Origin: a virus
Lineage: Duplodnaviria > Caudoviricetes
IMG/VR virus record: IMGVR_UViG_3300007722_000012
Coordinates: 1,484 to 65,483 of that record
DNA: 64,000 bases
Reading direction: 5' to 3' (one strand)
Shown here: piece after piece, positions 27,451-37,859 of the stretch
Layout of the letters: every line of letters begins with the position of its first letter
How positions within the stretch are numbered: position 1 is the first letter of the stretch
Program-made: the position numbers and the translations under genes
Notes under the pieces: generated by a model
Database searches by the model: none
What the model saw: the letters and a program-made list of their open reading frames with translations, nothing else
Told to the model about the DNA's origin: nothing

Positions 27451-28023
27451 TTATGCGGCAACTGTTACAGTCAGTGATGCACCACGTGATGTAACCTGAG
27501 CGGTCCCGCCATTACCGCAAACAACGCGATAGCGGTTGGATGTTAGGCCAGTCGAATCAGAGATGCTCAGAGTAGCTAACAGGGCACCTAGATATACACC
27601 GGCATTTGCGATATTAACATATGCGCCTGTGCCACCGGTTTGTAACTGCCACTGATAGGTTGTGATACCTGTACCAACCACCGTGAAGGATGTAGCTGTG
27701 GCTGTAGCAACTGTAGTGTTAACTGGCTGTGTACCGATAACAATTTCAACATCACCAACAACCAAATCGTCACCCTTAACGTCGCCAGATACTGCATCAG
27801 TAACTGTAAATGCTGCGAGGCATTCAACTTTGTATGTGAGCGAACCGTCGCTGTTCATCTTTTCAACGACGCGATGCCAACCCGGGGATGTAATACCCTT
27901 GATTCGATTAGCAGTTAATTTTGATTCTTCGAGCGACACGAATACGATTTCCGCATCTGGTACCGTTGGCTGAAGCCACTTTGGCATACCGGCTGTGGTA
28001 TCTTTATTTGTAAATGTAGGCAT
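27451..28023 (-). CDS. Virion structural protein with Ig-like domain
   Basis: I.TQP...TYQWQ...YRV...S..ASLTV. Confidence 0.75.
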   Translation of the reverse strand: MPTFTNKDTTAGMPKWLQPTVPDAEIVFVSLEESKLTANRIKGITSPGWHRVVEKMNSDGSLTYKVECLAAFTVTDAVSGDVKGDDLVVGDVEIVIGTQPVNTTVATATATSFTVVGTGITTYQWQLQTGGTGAYVNIANAGVYLGALLATLSISDSTGLTSNRYRVVCGNGGTAQVTSRGASLTVTVAA

Positions 28024-28041
28024 AATTTGTTTCCTTTGTTG

Positions 28042-29316
28042 TTATTTATATAATTCAGCTTGCCGTTTTTTGAGGGCGGTATGCATCACATCTTTGAAAT
28101 GGGCGCGATCTGCGAAGCCCGCAGCCTTAGTACCTCGAACTTTTGCGGATAAAGCGTCTTTATACTCTTTGGTATCTCGTTTAGTTCGATCTATTTTATA
28201 AATGCCATCATAGGTACCAGACGGCCGACCAACTGACTTGGGGTCTGCTTTACCGCCTGTGTATGGGTTGCGTGGTGTTTCACGAGCCTTGTATATGGTA
28301 CCACCCTCAGCTGATTTCGTTGTGGTTGGTGCGTCACCTTTCCAGTCGATCTCAGACGGTTTCTTTTGCCAGTCAAATGTGGATTCACCCATTTCAGCTT
28401 CTGTAAGCTGATCATGTCTTGCATGAGCAGCACCGAGATTATATTTAGTTTGACGAGCGGTCAGACCTATAGGCTGAATATGATATCCATCCGGACGAAC
28501 ACCGATAACTTTATGGGGGTGGCCTTTATGAGGACCAACCGTTGGAATAACTGTGTCACCGAGTTTGTGATGGATTTCGACCAGTTCTGATGAACTTGGG
28601 TGTTCTTTTTTCCAACCTTCTTCAAGTTGAGCGGTTAAAGTTGCAAGTTGTAAATCAATAGCAGCTTCTGTTGTTTCGTAAAGTTCTTTATAGTCTTTGA
28701 ATGTTAACATTTTATTGGCCTCGTTGCGTGATTTTTTAGAGGTTTTAACCCACTTACCCATTACACGTTTTGGATGGTATACATCGAGGGCTTCATCCAT
28801 ATCTGCGACACGCCCCTTATTCAAGGTATCAAGATCTTTAATATATTTAGCTCCCCTGGCTTTTTCTTCACCGCCACCATATTTGTCCTTGGCGAGATGA
28901 ACGAGATCTTCATTAATTCCATGTTTCAACCGATGAGCAGCAATTTTATCTTTATGATAATTTTTCATTGTATATGAAGTAGCACTATTCATTGCACGAG
29001 TGTGATGATGAATAGCATTTTTTGCCATTTCTACTTTATCACGACCACTATTTGCAAGTTGTACATCTGTATCAGTGATAGACGCGGCACGCGCGTGGGC
29101 ATTATAACCCTCATCTATACTATCTACCGAATCATTCAGTTCAATGCTATTGATCACATCTTCATTCCTATTATTCGCAAATACTTGACTTACTGGTATC
29201 TTTTTCGGTACCATTTTGCCTTTGTTATTTACGACCATGATGGTTTTACGAATAGCTGAGTCCGATGAGACTGATTTAATCTCTTCGCCATCGATATATT
29301 CTTTTAGAGATATCAT
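28042..29316 (-). CDS. Putative internal head protein
   Basis: MISLKEYI N-terminus, internal MLTFKDY, many (L/I/M)xE sites. Confidence 0.6.
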   Translation of the reverse strand: MISLKEYIDGEEIKSVSSDSAIRKTIMVVNNKGKMVPKKIPVSQVFANNRNEDVINSIELNDSVDSIDEGYNAHARAASITDTDVQLANSGRDKVEMAKNAIHHHTRAMNSATSYTMKNYHKDKIAAHRLKHGINEDLVHLAKDKYGGGEEKARGAKYIKDLDTLNKGRVADMDEALDVYHPKRVMGKWVKTSKKSRNEANKMLTFKDYKELYETTEAAIDLQLATLTAQLEEGWKKEHPSSSELVEIHHKLGDTVIPTVGPHKGHPHKVIGVRPDGYHIQPIGLTARQTKYNLGAAHARHDQLTEAEMGESTFDWQKKPSEIDWKGDAPTTTKSAEGGTIYKARETPRNPYTGGKADPKSVGRPSGTYDGIYKIDRTKRDTKEYKDALSAKVRGTKAAGFADRAHFKDVMHTALKKRQAELYK

Positions 29317-30044
29317 CGTGTTGTCCTATGGGTTAATCTGTTCTTTTCAATAGTACGAATTCGACTTGTAAGCTTCAGAGCCAATCTACCGATTACTTTT
29401 GATCTCGCGACGATAATTCGTTCGATTCTAGATTTCTCTGCAAACCCCATTGATGCAATAGATTTACCACGAGACAATCTTTTCTTCATAAGTTTGATAG
29501 CCATCCTTCTAGCTTTACTATTTATCTTGGCATTTGAACTATGCCTACGAAGAGCAATCTTCACAGCACGTAATCGTTTACCCGATGTACGAGCAAATCG
29601 CATTCTTGACTTGATACGTTCAGCTCTAGATAGAATTTCGTTGAGTTCTGACTCGTTCATGTCTTCATCTAGACCATCTAACTCTTCACCGGTTTCGTCA
29701 TCAATCATAACCAATTCGCCTGGTTCATATTCATCAATGACGTCTTCCCAGTCATTAATATCTTTGATCATGTCGTCAAGTTCTTCATCCGACACTTCAC
29801 CATCTTCTTCTTGAGCAATTGCTTCTATTTTTTCAATGATCGCGGGTAGAACTATATTAGATGTATCAATGCCAACAGACTCAGCCAACTTCAACATTTC
29901 TTTGATGATTTCTATTTGTTGGCCAGTCATTGGCCCACACGATTCTACTGAGTTATCAATGATTCTCTGGGCTGATTCATTTATTAGCGGCGTATAATGT
30001 AACGACTTGGCTATAATTATAGCCGCCTGTATTGCAATAGTCAT
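29313..30044 (-). CDS. Hypothetical protein (acidic then very basic domain)
   Basis: ELNE site precedes an Arg/Lys-rich C-terminus. Confidence 0.7.
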   Translation of the reverse strand: MTIAIQAAIIIAKSLHYTPLINESAQRIIDNSVESCGPMTGQQIEIIKEMLKLAESVGIDTSNIVLPAIIEKIEAIAQEEDGEVSDEELDDMIKDINDWEDVIDEYEPGELVMIDDETGEELDGLDEDMNESELNEILSRAERIKSRMRFARTSGKRLRAVKIALRRHSSNAKINSKARRMAIKLMKKRLSRGKSIASMGFAEKSRIERIIVARSKVIGRLALKLTSRIRTIEKNRLTHRTTR

Positions 30045-30075
30045 TTTAATCCGTTCTACTTATTATAGATATTTA

Positions 30076-30498
30076 TCATTTTAAAAAGGCCATGGCCTCG
30101 ATGCGTCTTCGCGTCACAAGCCCATTTAACTTCTTACCGCCACCAAAGACCCACTTATTAAGTTCTGTGATAACTCCTGCATTGTCGGCGGCGTTGATTC
30201 GTTTTCGTAGCGTAGAAGCGCGAAGCCGACCAAGACCAAGATTGTAAGAAAAGTCAGCAATAGCGCAGAGTTGATCACCTTGCAACGATGGACATAAAGC
30301 TAACGCACCTCGCGCAAAGAATAAAGCATCTTCTTCCATCCGACGATCAGCGTACTCTCGTGTCCAAGGTTTACCAGGAAATACATCGGGGCCAGTTGAT
30401 CCCCATCCGCACGTCCAAACACCCGCGGGGCAGAGATAAGGCATTAGATGTAAGCCTTCGAACCTCTTAATCAGCGTGTGTAATAGACCGAGTTCCAT
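30076..30498 (-). CDS. Endolysin, GH24 lysozyme
   Basis: FEG...PYLCPAGVWTCGWG, DFSYNLG, GLVTRR. Confidence 0.93.
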   Translation of the reverse strand: MELGLLHTLIKRFEGLHLMPYLCPAGVWTCGWGSTGPDVFPGKPWTREYADRRMEEDALFFARGALALCPSLQGDQLCAIADFSYNLGLGRLRASTLRKRINAADNAGVITELNKWVFGGGKKLNGLVTRRRIEAMAFLK

Positions 30499-30965
30499 TA
30501 CTTGCCCAGTTTCTGCATGAAGCGGTTACCGAAGAAGAAGCCTGTGATCGTACCGAATAATGTCATATCAAAGTCGTCCATTATGAAGCCCTGGGACGAT
30601 AATTTGAAAACCCACAGGCATAATCCCACGGTTGCATATGACGGACGAACGACAGAGTTCCAAGCATCGACCCACTGAATACCAGTCGGTTTATTAGCAA
30701 ATCGCATTGCCGCAGTGAAGGCCTCTGACTCAGCGACAGCCACGGCGGCATCACTTTGAACCTCGAGTGTCTTAACACCAAGTTCAGCTTGTAATCGGAT
30801 AATGGCGTGTGTCCGCTCAGAGGATCTATCATCCATCCGCGATTGCAGTTCCATCATCGCAACTTCTTGCGCGTGATCTTGCCGTTTGTTGATGAACGAG
30901 GAAATTTCCCCGAATAGCATGCGGAATACTGAGCCGCCTAGAAATGAAAAGAGTGCAGTAAACAT
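30498..30965 (-). CDS. Holin-like membrane protein
   Basis: VRP motif, TM segments and FFFGNR end, adjacent to the lysozyme. Confidence 0.65.
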   Translation of the reverse strand: MFTALFSFLGGSVFRMLFGEISSFINKRQDHAQEVAMMELQSRMDDRSSERTHAIIRLQAELGVKTLEVQSDAAVAVAESEAFTAAMRFANKPTGIQWVDAWNSVVRPSYATVGLCLWVFKLSSQGFIMDDFDMTLFGTITGFFFGNRFMQKLGK

Positions 30966-30973
30966 ATTATTCC

Positions 30974-31267
30974 TTACTTTTTATTTATGATTTTTGTTTC
31001 TTCTAACTGGCGCTTAAATCTTTCAATCAATGCTAAATCTTGTTGTGATTTATTCGGCTTTGTTTCCAGTTCGAACAGCTTATCTTCTAGGAGTTGTCCT
31101 CTCAAACTATTTAATTGTAACCGTAATTCTTGAGCCTGATTTTGCTGATATTTATTAAAGTCTGCTGCATGAGCATATCGCGTATCAACAATTAATACGG
31201 CGCCAATTAGTGTACCAATTGCTGCAACAGCACTCGCGGCTTTTGTTAATGTGCTGAGCTCTTTCAT
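30974..31267 (-). CDS. Membrane-anchored coiled-coil protein
   Basis: N-terminal TM + coiled coil in the lysis cluster. Confidence 0.6.
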   Translation of the reverse strand: MKELSTLTKAASAVAAIGTLIGAVLIVDTRYAHAADFNKYQQNQAQELRLQLNSLRGQLLEDKLFELETKPNKSQQDLALIERFKRQLEETKIINKK

Positions 31268-31500
31268 GGTTTATCCATCTTCTCTTTCAAAGACTGTTTT
31301 ATCTCAGATAATACTTCCATAATTGGGGACAGAGCATCTTGTAATCTGTCATATCGTACATAATCAGATGACATACGAATCTCGAGAGTTGCCAAATCTT
31401 TTCGTAAACTCTGGGTCGCGCCATACAGCTCTCTAGCAAACCAACCAAGAATGGCGCAAATTATACTTAGTGCTGCTATAGCTAATTGAGAATATTCCAT
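31264..31500 (-). CDS. Membrane-anchored coiled-coil protein
   Basis: TM ending in LGWF + coiled coil. Confidence 0.6.
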   Translation of the reverse strand: MEYSQLAIAALSIICAILGWFARELYGATQSLRKDLATLEIRMSSDYVRYDRLQDALSPIMEVLSEIKQSLKEKMDKP

Positions 31501-31533
31501 TTTATCTTTCTTATTTAATTATATATTTGAAAA

Positions 31534-31887
31534 TCAAAAGGTTTGAATGTGTAATTGACCGAACATAATCTTGACAATCTTTGTGGGACTAATATTGTCT
31601 ACTGCAATAATTTCATAGACATATCTCGGATATACTAAAAGTTTTGTATCAGAACTCAACATACTCATATTAAATGTACCAGGTTCTTCTGTAACCACGC
31701 AGATAGGTGAAACAGGCTCAAGGCCCACACCAGTATATCTTTTGATCGCGCCCACAAGTGTGACTCCAGTTAGATCAATTGGCTGAGGATAGTCTGGTGT
31801 AGCATCAAGAAGAGTAAAATTCTTCGTATAGGACGTACCCTGATTGAAATATAAATCTAACTGAAGTGCTTGAAACTGTTCTAACAT
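31534..31887 (-). CDS. Putative structural beta-sandwich (BppU-like) protein
   Basis: QG....F, PIDLTG, RYVYEI, G.L. Confidence 0.55.
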   Translation of the reverse strand: MLEQFQALQLDLYFNQGTSYTKNFTLLDATPDYPQPIDLTGVTLVGAIKRYTGVGLEPVSPICVVTEEPGTFNMSMLSSDTKLLVYPRYVYEIIAVDNISPTKIVKIMFGQLHIQTF

Positions 31888-31905
31888 GGCGTTTTATTCT
31901 TTAGC

Positions 31906-32175
31906 TTATGGGAGGACGTGAAATTCGCCCTTGTGGCCATTAGATTTATAATGTGCCGATGCAGCCTTTTGAGCATCACCGAACGTACCAGTGTTGTGGA
32001 AAACCCGGTCGTTATCAATATTAAAATTTAACGGGTGCTTTGAACTAAACATCCAGGTACCATGACCGGTTGGTGCCCGACCGTTGTTGAAATGATAATG
32101 TTCTTTGGAAGAGTAAGATGCTTTCGATTCGTCCAACACAGATTCGATAAGCCCTTTGATTTTTGTATAATTCAT
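31906..32175 (-). CDS. Hypothetical small protein
   Basis: SD AAAGGA; G.W.F...GTF..A..AA motif. Confidence 0.6.
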   Translation of the reverse strand: MNYTKIKGLIESVLDESKASYSSKEHYHFNNGRAPTGHGTWMFSSKHPLNFNIDNDRVFHNTGTFGDAQKAASAHYKSNGHKGEFHVLP

Positions 32176-32192
32176 ATTTTTCCTTTTATTTC

Positions 32193-33980
32193 CTATGCAA
32201 ACATGCGAACGAATTTCATCCACTCTTCCTTGGATCCGCCCTGCTGTTCTATTCCTGCGCGAGTGTTTAGCCCCCTGACAAGCTGTCGCAAATTTACTGT
32301 TTTATCAGCAACTTTTCTGGTTTTTAGAAGTTCTACAACCTCAATTCTGTCTTTATCCGACAGTTCATAATCAACATCAAGTTTAATTTTATTGGCGATC
32401 TTCAACATGAACGAATACATTTCTTCGTTCGTAGGGTCAATATTAATAACGTAGGCGCGTGTACGAAGCGCTCCATCTGGGTCGAGCTTGTTAAGCGACA
32501 AATTACTAATGAAGATAATCTTACCCGTGAAATCAAAGAACCTAGGTAACGCTTCCCCTTCACCTTCTTCATCATAATCCTCGGGATCAACATAGCCCCG
32601 ACCACCCTTCATCCATGAGATTTTCCGGCGCTTCGAAGTATCAGCGGCAGCCTTGATCAGATTTCGTCCTTCAACATCTTGTAGAGCAGAATCGGCATCA
32701 TCAAATAGAAGAATTTCCGTCTTGTGATCAAATAATACGCGATACAACCCGGCGGGCGACGCAGAGCCAGCCACTTTGAAGTAGCCCTCACCATCAGTTT
32801 TACCTGCAGCAGCAAGAACATCTTCTACGTTGACGGTTTTTCCGACACCACCTCTACCAGCTAAGAACAAACCATTCGTCGCATTCGCCATAAGCAATTT
32901 TACACCAGATTGAAGAGCATCCAAACTTTCCTCATAGGTCATCCGTTCGATATCCGACTCGGTCGCCCCATCTACATCTACTGTTTCTTTACCGCCCGCT
33001 GTTACTGTATAGGCTGTTGCATCTTCACCACCTGAGATATAAGCAAGCACTGCCGCGGCATCAATCTTCTTTACATGTTCTTTAGCGATAACATGCTTCA
33101 GACCTTCTTTGGTAAACAAGTTGCCGTGATTCCGCTTGATAGCTTCGATAGCCTTGTTCCACCGTGGGCCGTACTTCTTGACACCACCAGCTTTATTTTG
33201 GTCAGAAATAGAAATACCTTGTGTCAGTGCAGCCAGAATATTCGATACAGTTTTATGAAGTTCACCTGAAGTATAAGTTGCTTCATAGATTTCAGAGACT
33301 CTGGCGAAATCTGTGATTAATGGTCTTTCATAAATAGACACTTCTTCATTCACAAAGATACCCTCGCCATCTCGGTCGAGTTTGCCATTGACAAAATCAA
33401 CTATGAATGGTAATACCTTGGTCAACGATTGGGCTTCATCGAACTTGACGTGATGACTTGGATATGGTTGCGGGCTCTTGTGGCCATCCCAATAGTCCAT
33501 AGAAATAAGACCGTTTGCTTTGCCGACATTATTACCGACCCAATTTAGACGAATCGCTTGATTGCCATGAACAAAGAACTTGATACCGACGCCTTTGCCG
33601 CCTGATGCGGGGTGGAAGACTTCGGGCACAGGATACGCATAGACCTTACCAATTTTATTTTGGAGATATCGTCTGATTAAAACCACAGCCTTGGGAAAGT
33701 CTGCAGACCGAATAGCCTCAGTGATAACTTTGTTGCAAGTACATTCTGTGTTGCCGCACTGATCACATGTGGTACAAACTATATCTTCGCCGATAGTATC
33801 TTTACGATTCATCTGAGCCAGCTCTTTAGCCCTAGCCTGCGGTGATTGGATGGTACCGTCAGAATTCTTTTTGAGCTTGGTTTTTTTCCAATCGCCTTCA
33901 AATTTCCATGACGTAATCTTATCAGCTTTTTTGTTAATTTCTACCTTAAATTCAGATAGAATTTGTTTTACAGTTTTCAT
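32193..33980 (-). CDS. P-loop AAA+ ATPase with capsid-targeting-like N-terminus
   Basis: GRGGVGKT, LLFDDAD, IIFISN, ALRTR; starts MKTVKQILSE. Confidence 0.8.
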   Translation of the reverse strand: MKTVKQILSEFKVEINKKADKITSWKFEGDWKKTKLKKNSDGTIQSPQARAKELAQMNRKDTIGEDIVCTTCDQCGNTECTCNKVITEAIRSADFPKAVVLIRRYLQNKIGKVYAYPVPEVFHPASGGKGVGIKFFVHGNQAIRLNWVGNNVGKANGLISMDYWDGHKSPQPYPSHHVKFDEAQSLTKVLPFIVDFVNGKLDRDGEGIFVNEEVSIYERPLITDFARVSEIYEATYTSGELHKTVSNILAALTQGISISDQNKAGGVKKYGPRWNKAIEAIKRNHGNLFTKEGLKHVIAKEHVKKIDAAAVLAYISGGEDATAYTVTAGGKETVDVDGATESDIERMTYEESLDALQSGVKLLMANATNGLFLAGRGGVGKTVNVEDVLAAAGKTDGEGYFKVAGSASPAGLYRVLFDHKTEILLFDDADSALQDVEGRNLIKAAADTSKRRKISWMKGGRGYVDPEDYDEEGEGEALPRFFDFTGKIIFISNLSLNKLDPDGALRTRAYVINIDPTNEEMYSFMLKIANKIKLDVDYELSDKDRIEVVELLKTRKVADKTVNLRQLVRGLNTRAGIEQQGGSKEEWMKFVRMFA

Positions 33981-34045
33981 TAGTGATCCATTAATTTGTT
34001 AACAAGTTGACGGCGATGCGTATCGCTCGTTGCCCCAAGACTGTG

Positions 34046-35299
34046 TCAGGGCTCTGATGTGTTCACGTGTGTTGTATGACCATCTGCGTGTAAAGCTGTA
34101 TCACCAGCGGATAGTGCAATTGCGGCTTTTAGTTTTTTCTCTGTGGCTTCCGCATTATTAACTGGCGCATCACCGACATCTTTTTGCTTTACGATGTCGG
34201 CAAAGGTTTTTATTGTATCGGCTTCTGTAATCGGATCAAGTTCATTGAGCAGTGCGCACTTGTGGCTGTGGTGGAATCCCACCTTACCATTTTTGTAACT
34301 GATTTCGTAAACAGACCCGTGTTTACCCTTTACTTTACCGTATAGCCTCTTGCCCGACTCGTGGGTCACGCACACGTTATCGTTCTCTTTTAGATCATTG
34401 GCAAACTGCTTTTTAGTCGCCTGCATGATACCAGAAAATTTCTTGTTTGCTTTCTTAGCCCAAGTTGTAGCCAAGTTAGGTTCATTATCAGTATGATAGA
34501 AGTCTGCATTTTTATCCGCCATGGTCGCCTGTTCACCAGCCTTTTTCTTATAACGACCAAGTAGGTCTGACGAGAGTTCATCTAGATTTTCAACTTCTTC
34601 AGACACCTCGTCGGGTACCTTGATGATATTCTCGTCGTACTTGATGCCGACGGATTTCGCCAATTCCAACATACGCAGGATAATTTTCAGACTCTCGCCG
34701 CGAATCATCATGGAGTTCTTACGCGCGTTTCTCAGAGCTAGATTAACCATCGTTTCTGGGCTAGAACCGTGGGAATCAACGCCCAAAGTATCGGCAATGA
34801 CGGCGGCTACCTTGAGTTTATCAGTTTGAGTTTGTTTTAGGTTATCTGGCATGGCTTCTTTCAGGTAGATATGGTTATCTAGTTCGTCAATTCGGGTTAA
34901 ACTATTTATCAAAGTAGAAGTGTCGTTCTCTGAGTATGCCTTAAGTGCTTTTAGAATAGCTATTGAGTCAATAATTTGTCCGGAATTATACTTGGTGATG
35001 GTTGATTCAAAGCAAACCGAAGCAATTGGATCGGCAATGCTTGTGATAAGACCTTTGAAGTAGTTTACTGTGTCCTTCGGTGCGTGCTCAGGTAGTGATG
35101 ATACCTCGGTAATAAACTTCTTCACCAGATTTCCCGTGGCATCGGAACACGTTAGATAATTAGTACCCCGATCAAGAATTTGATATTTGCCGTCGTCATC
35201 TTCCACCATCGCCCCAAGACGGAAGATATCTCCGCGGATAAACTTCTCGCGGATGGGGAGAGCTTTTTGTGATGTGAAATCTTTGAAGGTTATTGTCAT
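34046..35299 (-). CDS. Putative internal head protein
   Basis: MTITFKDF; IREKF..G.IF..G...RGTNY domain; LDELS site. Confidence 0.65.
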   Translation of the reverse strand: MTITFKDFTSQKALPIREKFIRGDIFRLGAMVEDDDGKYQILDRGTNYLTCSDATGNLVKKFITEVSSLPEHAPKDTVNYFKGLITSIADPIASVCFESTITKYNSGQIIDSIAILKALKAYSENDTSTLINSLTRIDELDNHIYLKEAMPDNLKQTQTDKLKVAAVIADTLGVDSHGSSPETMVNLALRNARKNSMMIRGESLKIILRMLELAKSVGIKYDENIIKVPDEVSEEVENLDELSSDLLGRYKKKAGEQATMADKNADFYHTDNEPNLATTWAKKANKKFSGIMQATKKQFANDLKENDNVCVTHESGKRLYGKVKGKHGSVYEISYKNGKVGFHHSHKCALLNELDPITEADTIKTFADIVKQKDVGDAPVNNAEATEKKLKAAIALSAGDTALHADGHTTHVNTSEP

Positions 35300-35302
35300 A
35301 AT

Positions 35303-36109
35303 CTAAGGTCTATAATCTATTCTAAATGCTAATCCTGTGATACCACTTCTTGATTTTCCACGGATATCAAGCTTAACTTTATTCAACACACTATGGACGA
35401 ATCCTATATCAATTTCATGAAACCCACTTGGGCTAATGATACTATCAGCGACAGCACCTTTATATGTTTTTAGGGTTTCTTCTCCTGTCATTGCCTCAAA
35501 TATTAGAGCGGCAAAAAAATCTAAATCATCGTCTATATACTTTAACAAAGCCCCCATTAGAAATTCTTTATTATTAACCAACCACACTTCATATGATCTG
35601 TCTGTTATAATTTTCCCACCATTCAAGAATTCATTAATAATTTTTGGCGATGCTTCTTTCATGATTCTCGTTTTATTAGTCTCAGAAAGCAGTCGAGTTG
35701 GCATAGTTTTCAACTCCTTGATGATAGATTCAAGAACTCTACCTTTTGCCCGCCCCAAATGTATCGCCGCAGCAGAAAATAACTCGGCAGTAGAACTACC
35801 CTGGCCAGAGGCTAATTGGACTGCACCATCCATCTTAACAGATGCATAATATATAGTAGTTCCGATTTTAATAACGATATCTGTCTTCGGCTCTGGTTTA
35901 GCGCTGATCGGCCGCCCTACCGGATTTTTCGGGTCATCAGAGTGCCAAACTTCAATCATCTTATTACCTGCAAAAGTGTGAAGATGTTTGGCACATCTCT
36001 CACCCTGAACTACAATATTTTGACTATATTTTCTTTTCATTGATTCGGACGTTGGAGATAATAAATCAACTATCTTCCATTCCAGATCAACTCCTTCGGA
36101 TGCGGCCAT
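35303..36109 (-). CDS. PD-(D/E)xK nuclease-like protein
   Basis: PKTDI...SVK...QLASG pattern. Confidence 0.55.
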   Translation of the reverse strand: MAASEGVDLEWKIVDLLSPTSESMKRKYSQNIVVQGERCAKHLHTFAGNKMIEVWHSDDPKNPVGRPISAKPEPKTDIVIKIGTTIYYASVKMDGAVQLASGQGSSTAELFSAAAIHLGRAKGRVLESIIKELKTMPTRLLSETNKTRIMKEASPKIINEFLNGGKIITDRSYEVWLVNNKEFLMGALLKYIDDDLDFFAALIFEAMTGEETLKTYKGAVADSIISPSGFHEIDIGFVHSVLNKVKLDIRGKSRSGITGLAFRIDYRP

Positions 36110-36110
36110 A

Positions 36111-37859
36111 TTACTTGACCCTCGCTTTGATCAGATTCATTATCTGCTTCACATCGCCATCACTCAACTTCACCGACATCGCGCCCCTCATATTCTCAAA
36201 GTCGCCTTCTTTGGCCCATCGTCTTATGTCCGAAGCGTGAACGCCATCTGCATCTCCGCTTCGGGTATTCGTTATATCGTGCCGACTAATAACTTTGATT
36301 GATGTAAAGTGATATTCTTTTTCATTATACTTATTGAGTAGTGTGGCAACTTCCATAACTCGATCGTCGCCGATAACGACTAGCAGTTCTGTGTAACCCT
36401 CTTGCGCAAGCAATTTAGCAACACCAATCATGTGAGCCGCTCGTGGCGGCGGTCGTTGAAACAGACCGGCGTGATTCGGATACATCTTGTTTAGATATTT
36501 AAGTTTCTCATCTACTGTGAGGGGGTTCTTCTTGTTATCAACGGTTGTCGATACGAAAATGATCGGGCGCCCTCGAGCAACGGCCGCAGCCTTCAGGGTG
36601 GCATCGATGAGATGCATGTGTTCTTTGTGGGGCGGTTGGAATCTGCCAAGAGGAACGATGACGGCTAGATTAGGCTTTGCTGATGTGGCTTCGGTTACGG
36701 AAACTTTACGATTGGCTGATGCGGCAAAGTTCTGTGCGGAGAATTCAGAGCGCTTTACGAATTTTGTAGTGCCGTGCACGTTATAAGATACGTAGCCTTC
36801 TACGTTGGCCTGCTTCAGATCACCAAATTCATTTTTAAAGAATCTCCGAATAGGTTGCAGAGCATTCAGCTCATCAATTACTCGATCCTTTAGTTTTTCA
36901 ATAGCAGTGTGAACCTCAATCACGTTCTCAAGGGCTTTGCTATTTTTAGTTAAAATATCTAAAATGTGATCAAGAACTTTCTGCTTGGCGTCCTTGCTTT
37001 TTGGCGTCTTGACTTTATCAATTTCTTTACCGAACTTAGCCTTAACAGAAGCTACGAAGCCATCGAAAGATGTAGTTGTGTTATTCTTGACGGTGAAATT
37101 CTTGTAGATCATGAACAGCGGTTCGATTTCTGCACTTGACATAACCGCCAAACCGGGACGTGACACAGTATTGAGGTCCTGGCGCAGTGCGTTGATATCA
37201 GCTTGGATGTGACCATAGCTAGAAAGCACCGGCGCCGTCACGGGCATCGCGAAAACGTTTTTCGAGTGTTTAGTATCAGAAGATGAAATCTGGACACGTT
37301 TACCTTCTTGCGTGTACTTGGTGTGGACCGCGAAGCCGACTCTTGAGGTACCAATCTGGCGCCCCAAGTCTGAGTCGACGGGGATGGCATTGGCTACGGT
37401 GTTCGGCTGAAAGATGTAATGGGGAATATCGTCGATATCGCGGGTCTCGACATCAGACCGAGCAAACATCATATCCCCCTGAAGGATCGCAGTCGAATTG
37501 TAGATACTCGGGAAATACTTTAGAGCGAGTTTAAGTTTGGAAACTAGACCCGGCGCATGGCCGTGATTATGCTCGATATCAGCATTCGTGAAGTTGTACT
37601 TTGGATTTACGTTGAAAATAGATTTGGTCGCAACAAAGAACTTACCGTCAATTTTGCCGAAGAAGACGCTTGGGCTACCATCGATCTTAGTATCTGATGC
37701 GGTCGTCGGTATACCCTTGACTAGCTCGATGAGGGATACTAGAATCTTTGGGATACCCTTGGCGCCGTGGGTAATCAATAAGTCTTCGAGATGAACGTAA
37801 TGGGACTTATCACCCTCGGATGAGACCATCTCGTCAAGAAATTGTTTGAAACCGATCAT
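36111..37859 (-). CDS. Two-domain protein: ligase-like N domain (KIDGSPS) + cytidylyltransferase-like C domain
   Basis: HLED, KIDGSPS, EGYV; GRFQPPHKEH, G.DRV. Confidence 0.75.
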   Translation of the reverse strand: MIGFKQFLDEMVSSEGDKSHYVHLEDLLITHGAKGIPKILVSLIELVKGIPTTASDTKIDGSPSVFFGKIDGKFFVATKSIFNVNPKYNFTNADIEHNHGHAPGLVSKLKLALKYFPSIYNSTAILQGDMMFARSDVETRDIDDIPHYIFQPNTVANAIPVDSDLGRQIGTSRVGFAVHTKYTQEGKRVQISSSDTKHSKNVFAMPVTAPVLSSYGHIQADINALRQDLNTVSRPGLAVMSSAEIEPLFMIYKNFTVKNNTTTSFDGFVASVKAKFGKEIDKVKTPKSKDAKQKVLDHILDILTKNSKALENVIEVHTAIEKLKDRVIDELNALQPIRRFFKNEFGDLKQANVEGYVSYNVHGTTKFVKRSEFSAQNFAASANRKVSVTEATSAKPNLAVIVPLGRFQPPHKEHMHLIDATLKAAAVARGRPIIFVSTTVDNKKNPLTVDEKLKYLNKMYPNHAGLFQRPPPRAAHMIGVAKLLAQEGYTELLVVIGDDRVMEVATLLNKYNEKEYHFTSIKVISRHDITNTRSGDADGVHASDIRRWAKEGDFENMRGAMSVKLSDGDVKQIMNLIKARVK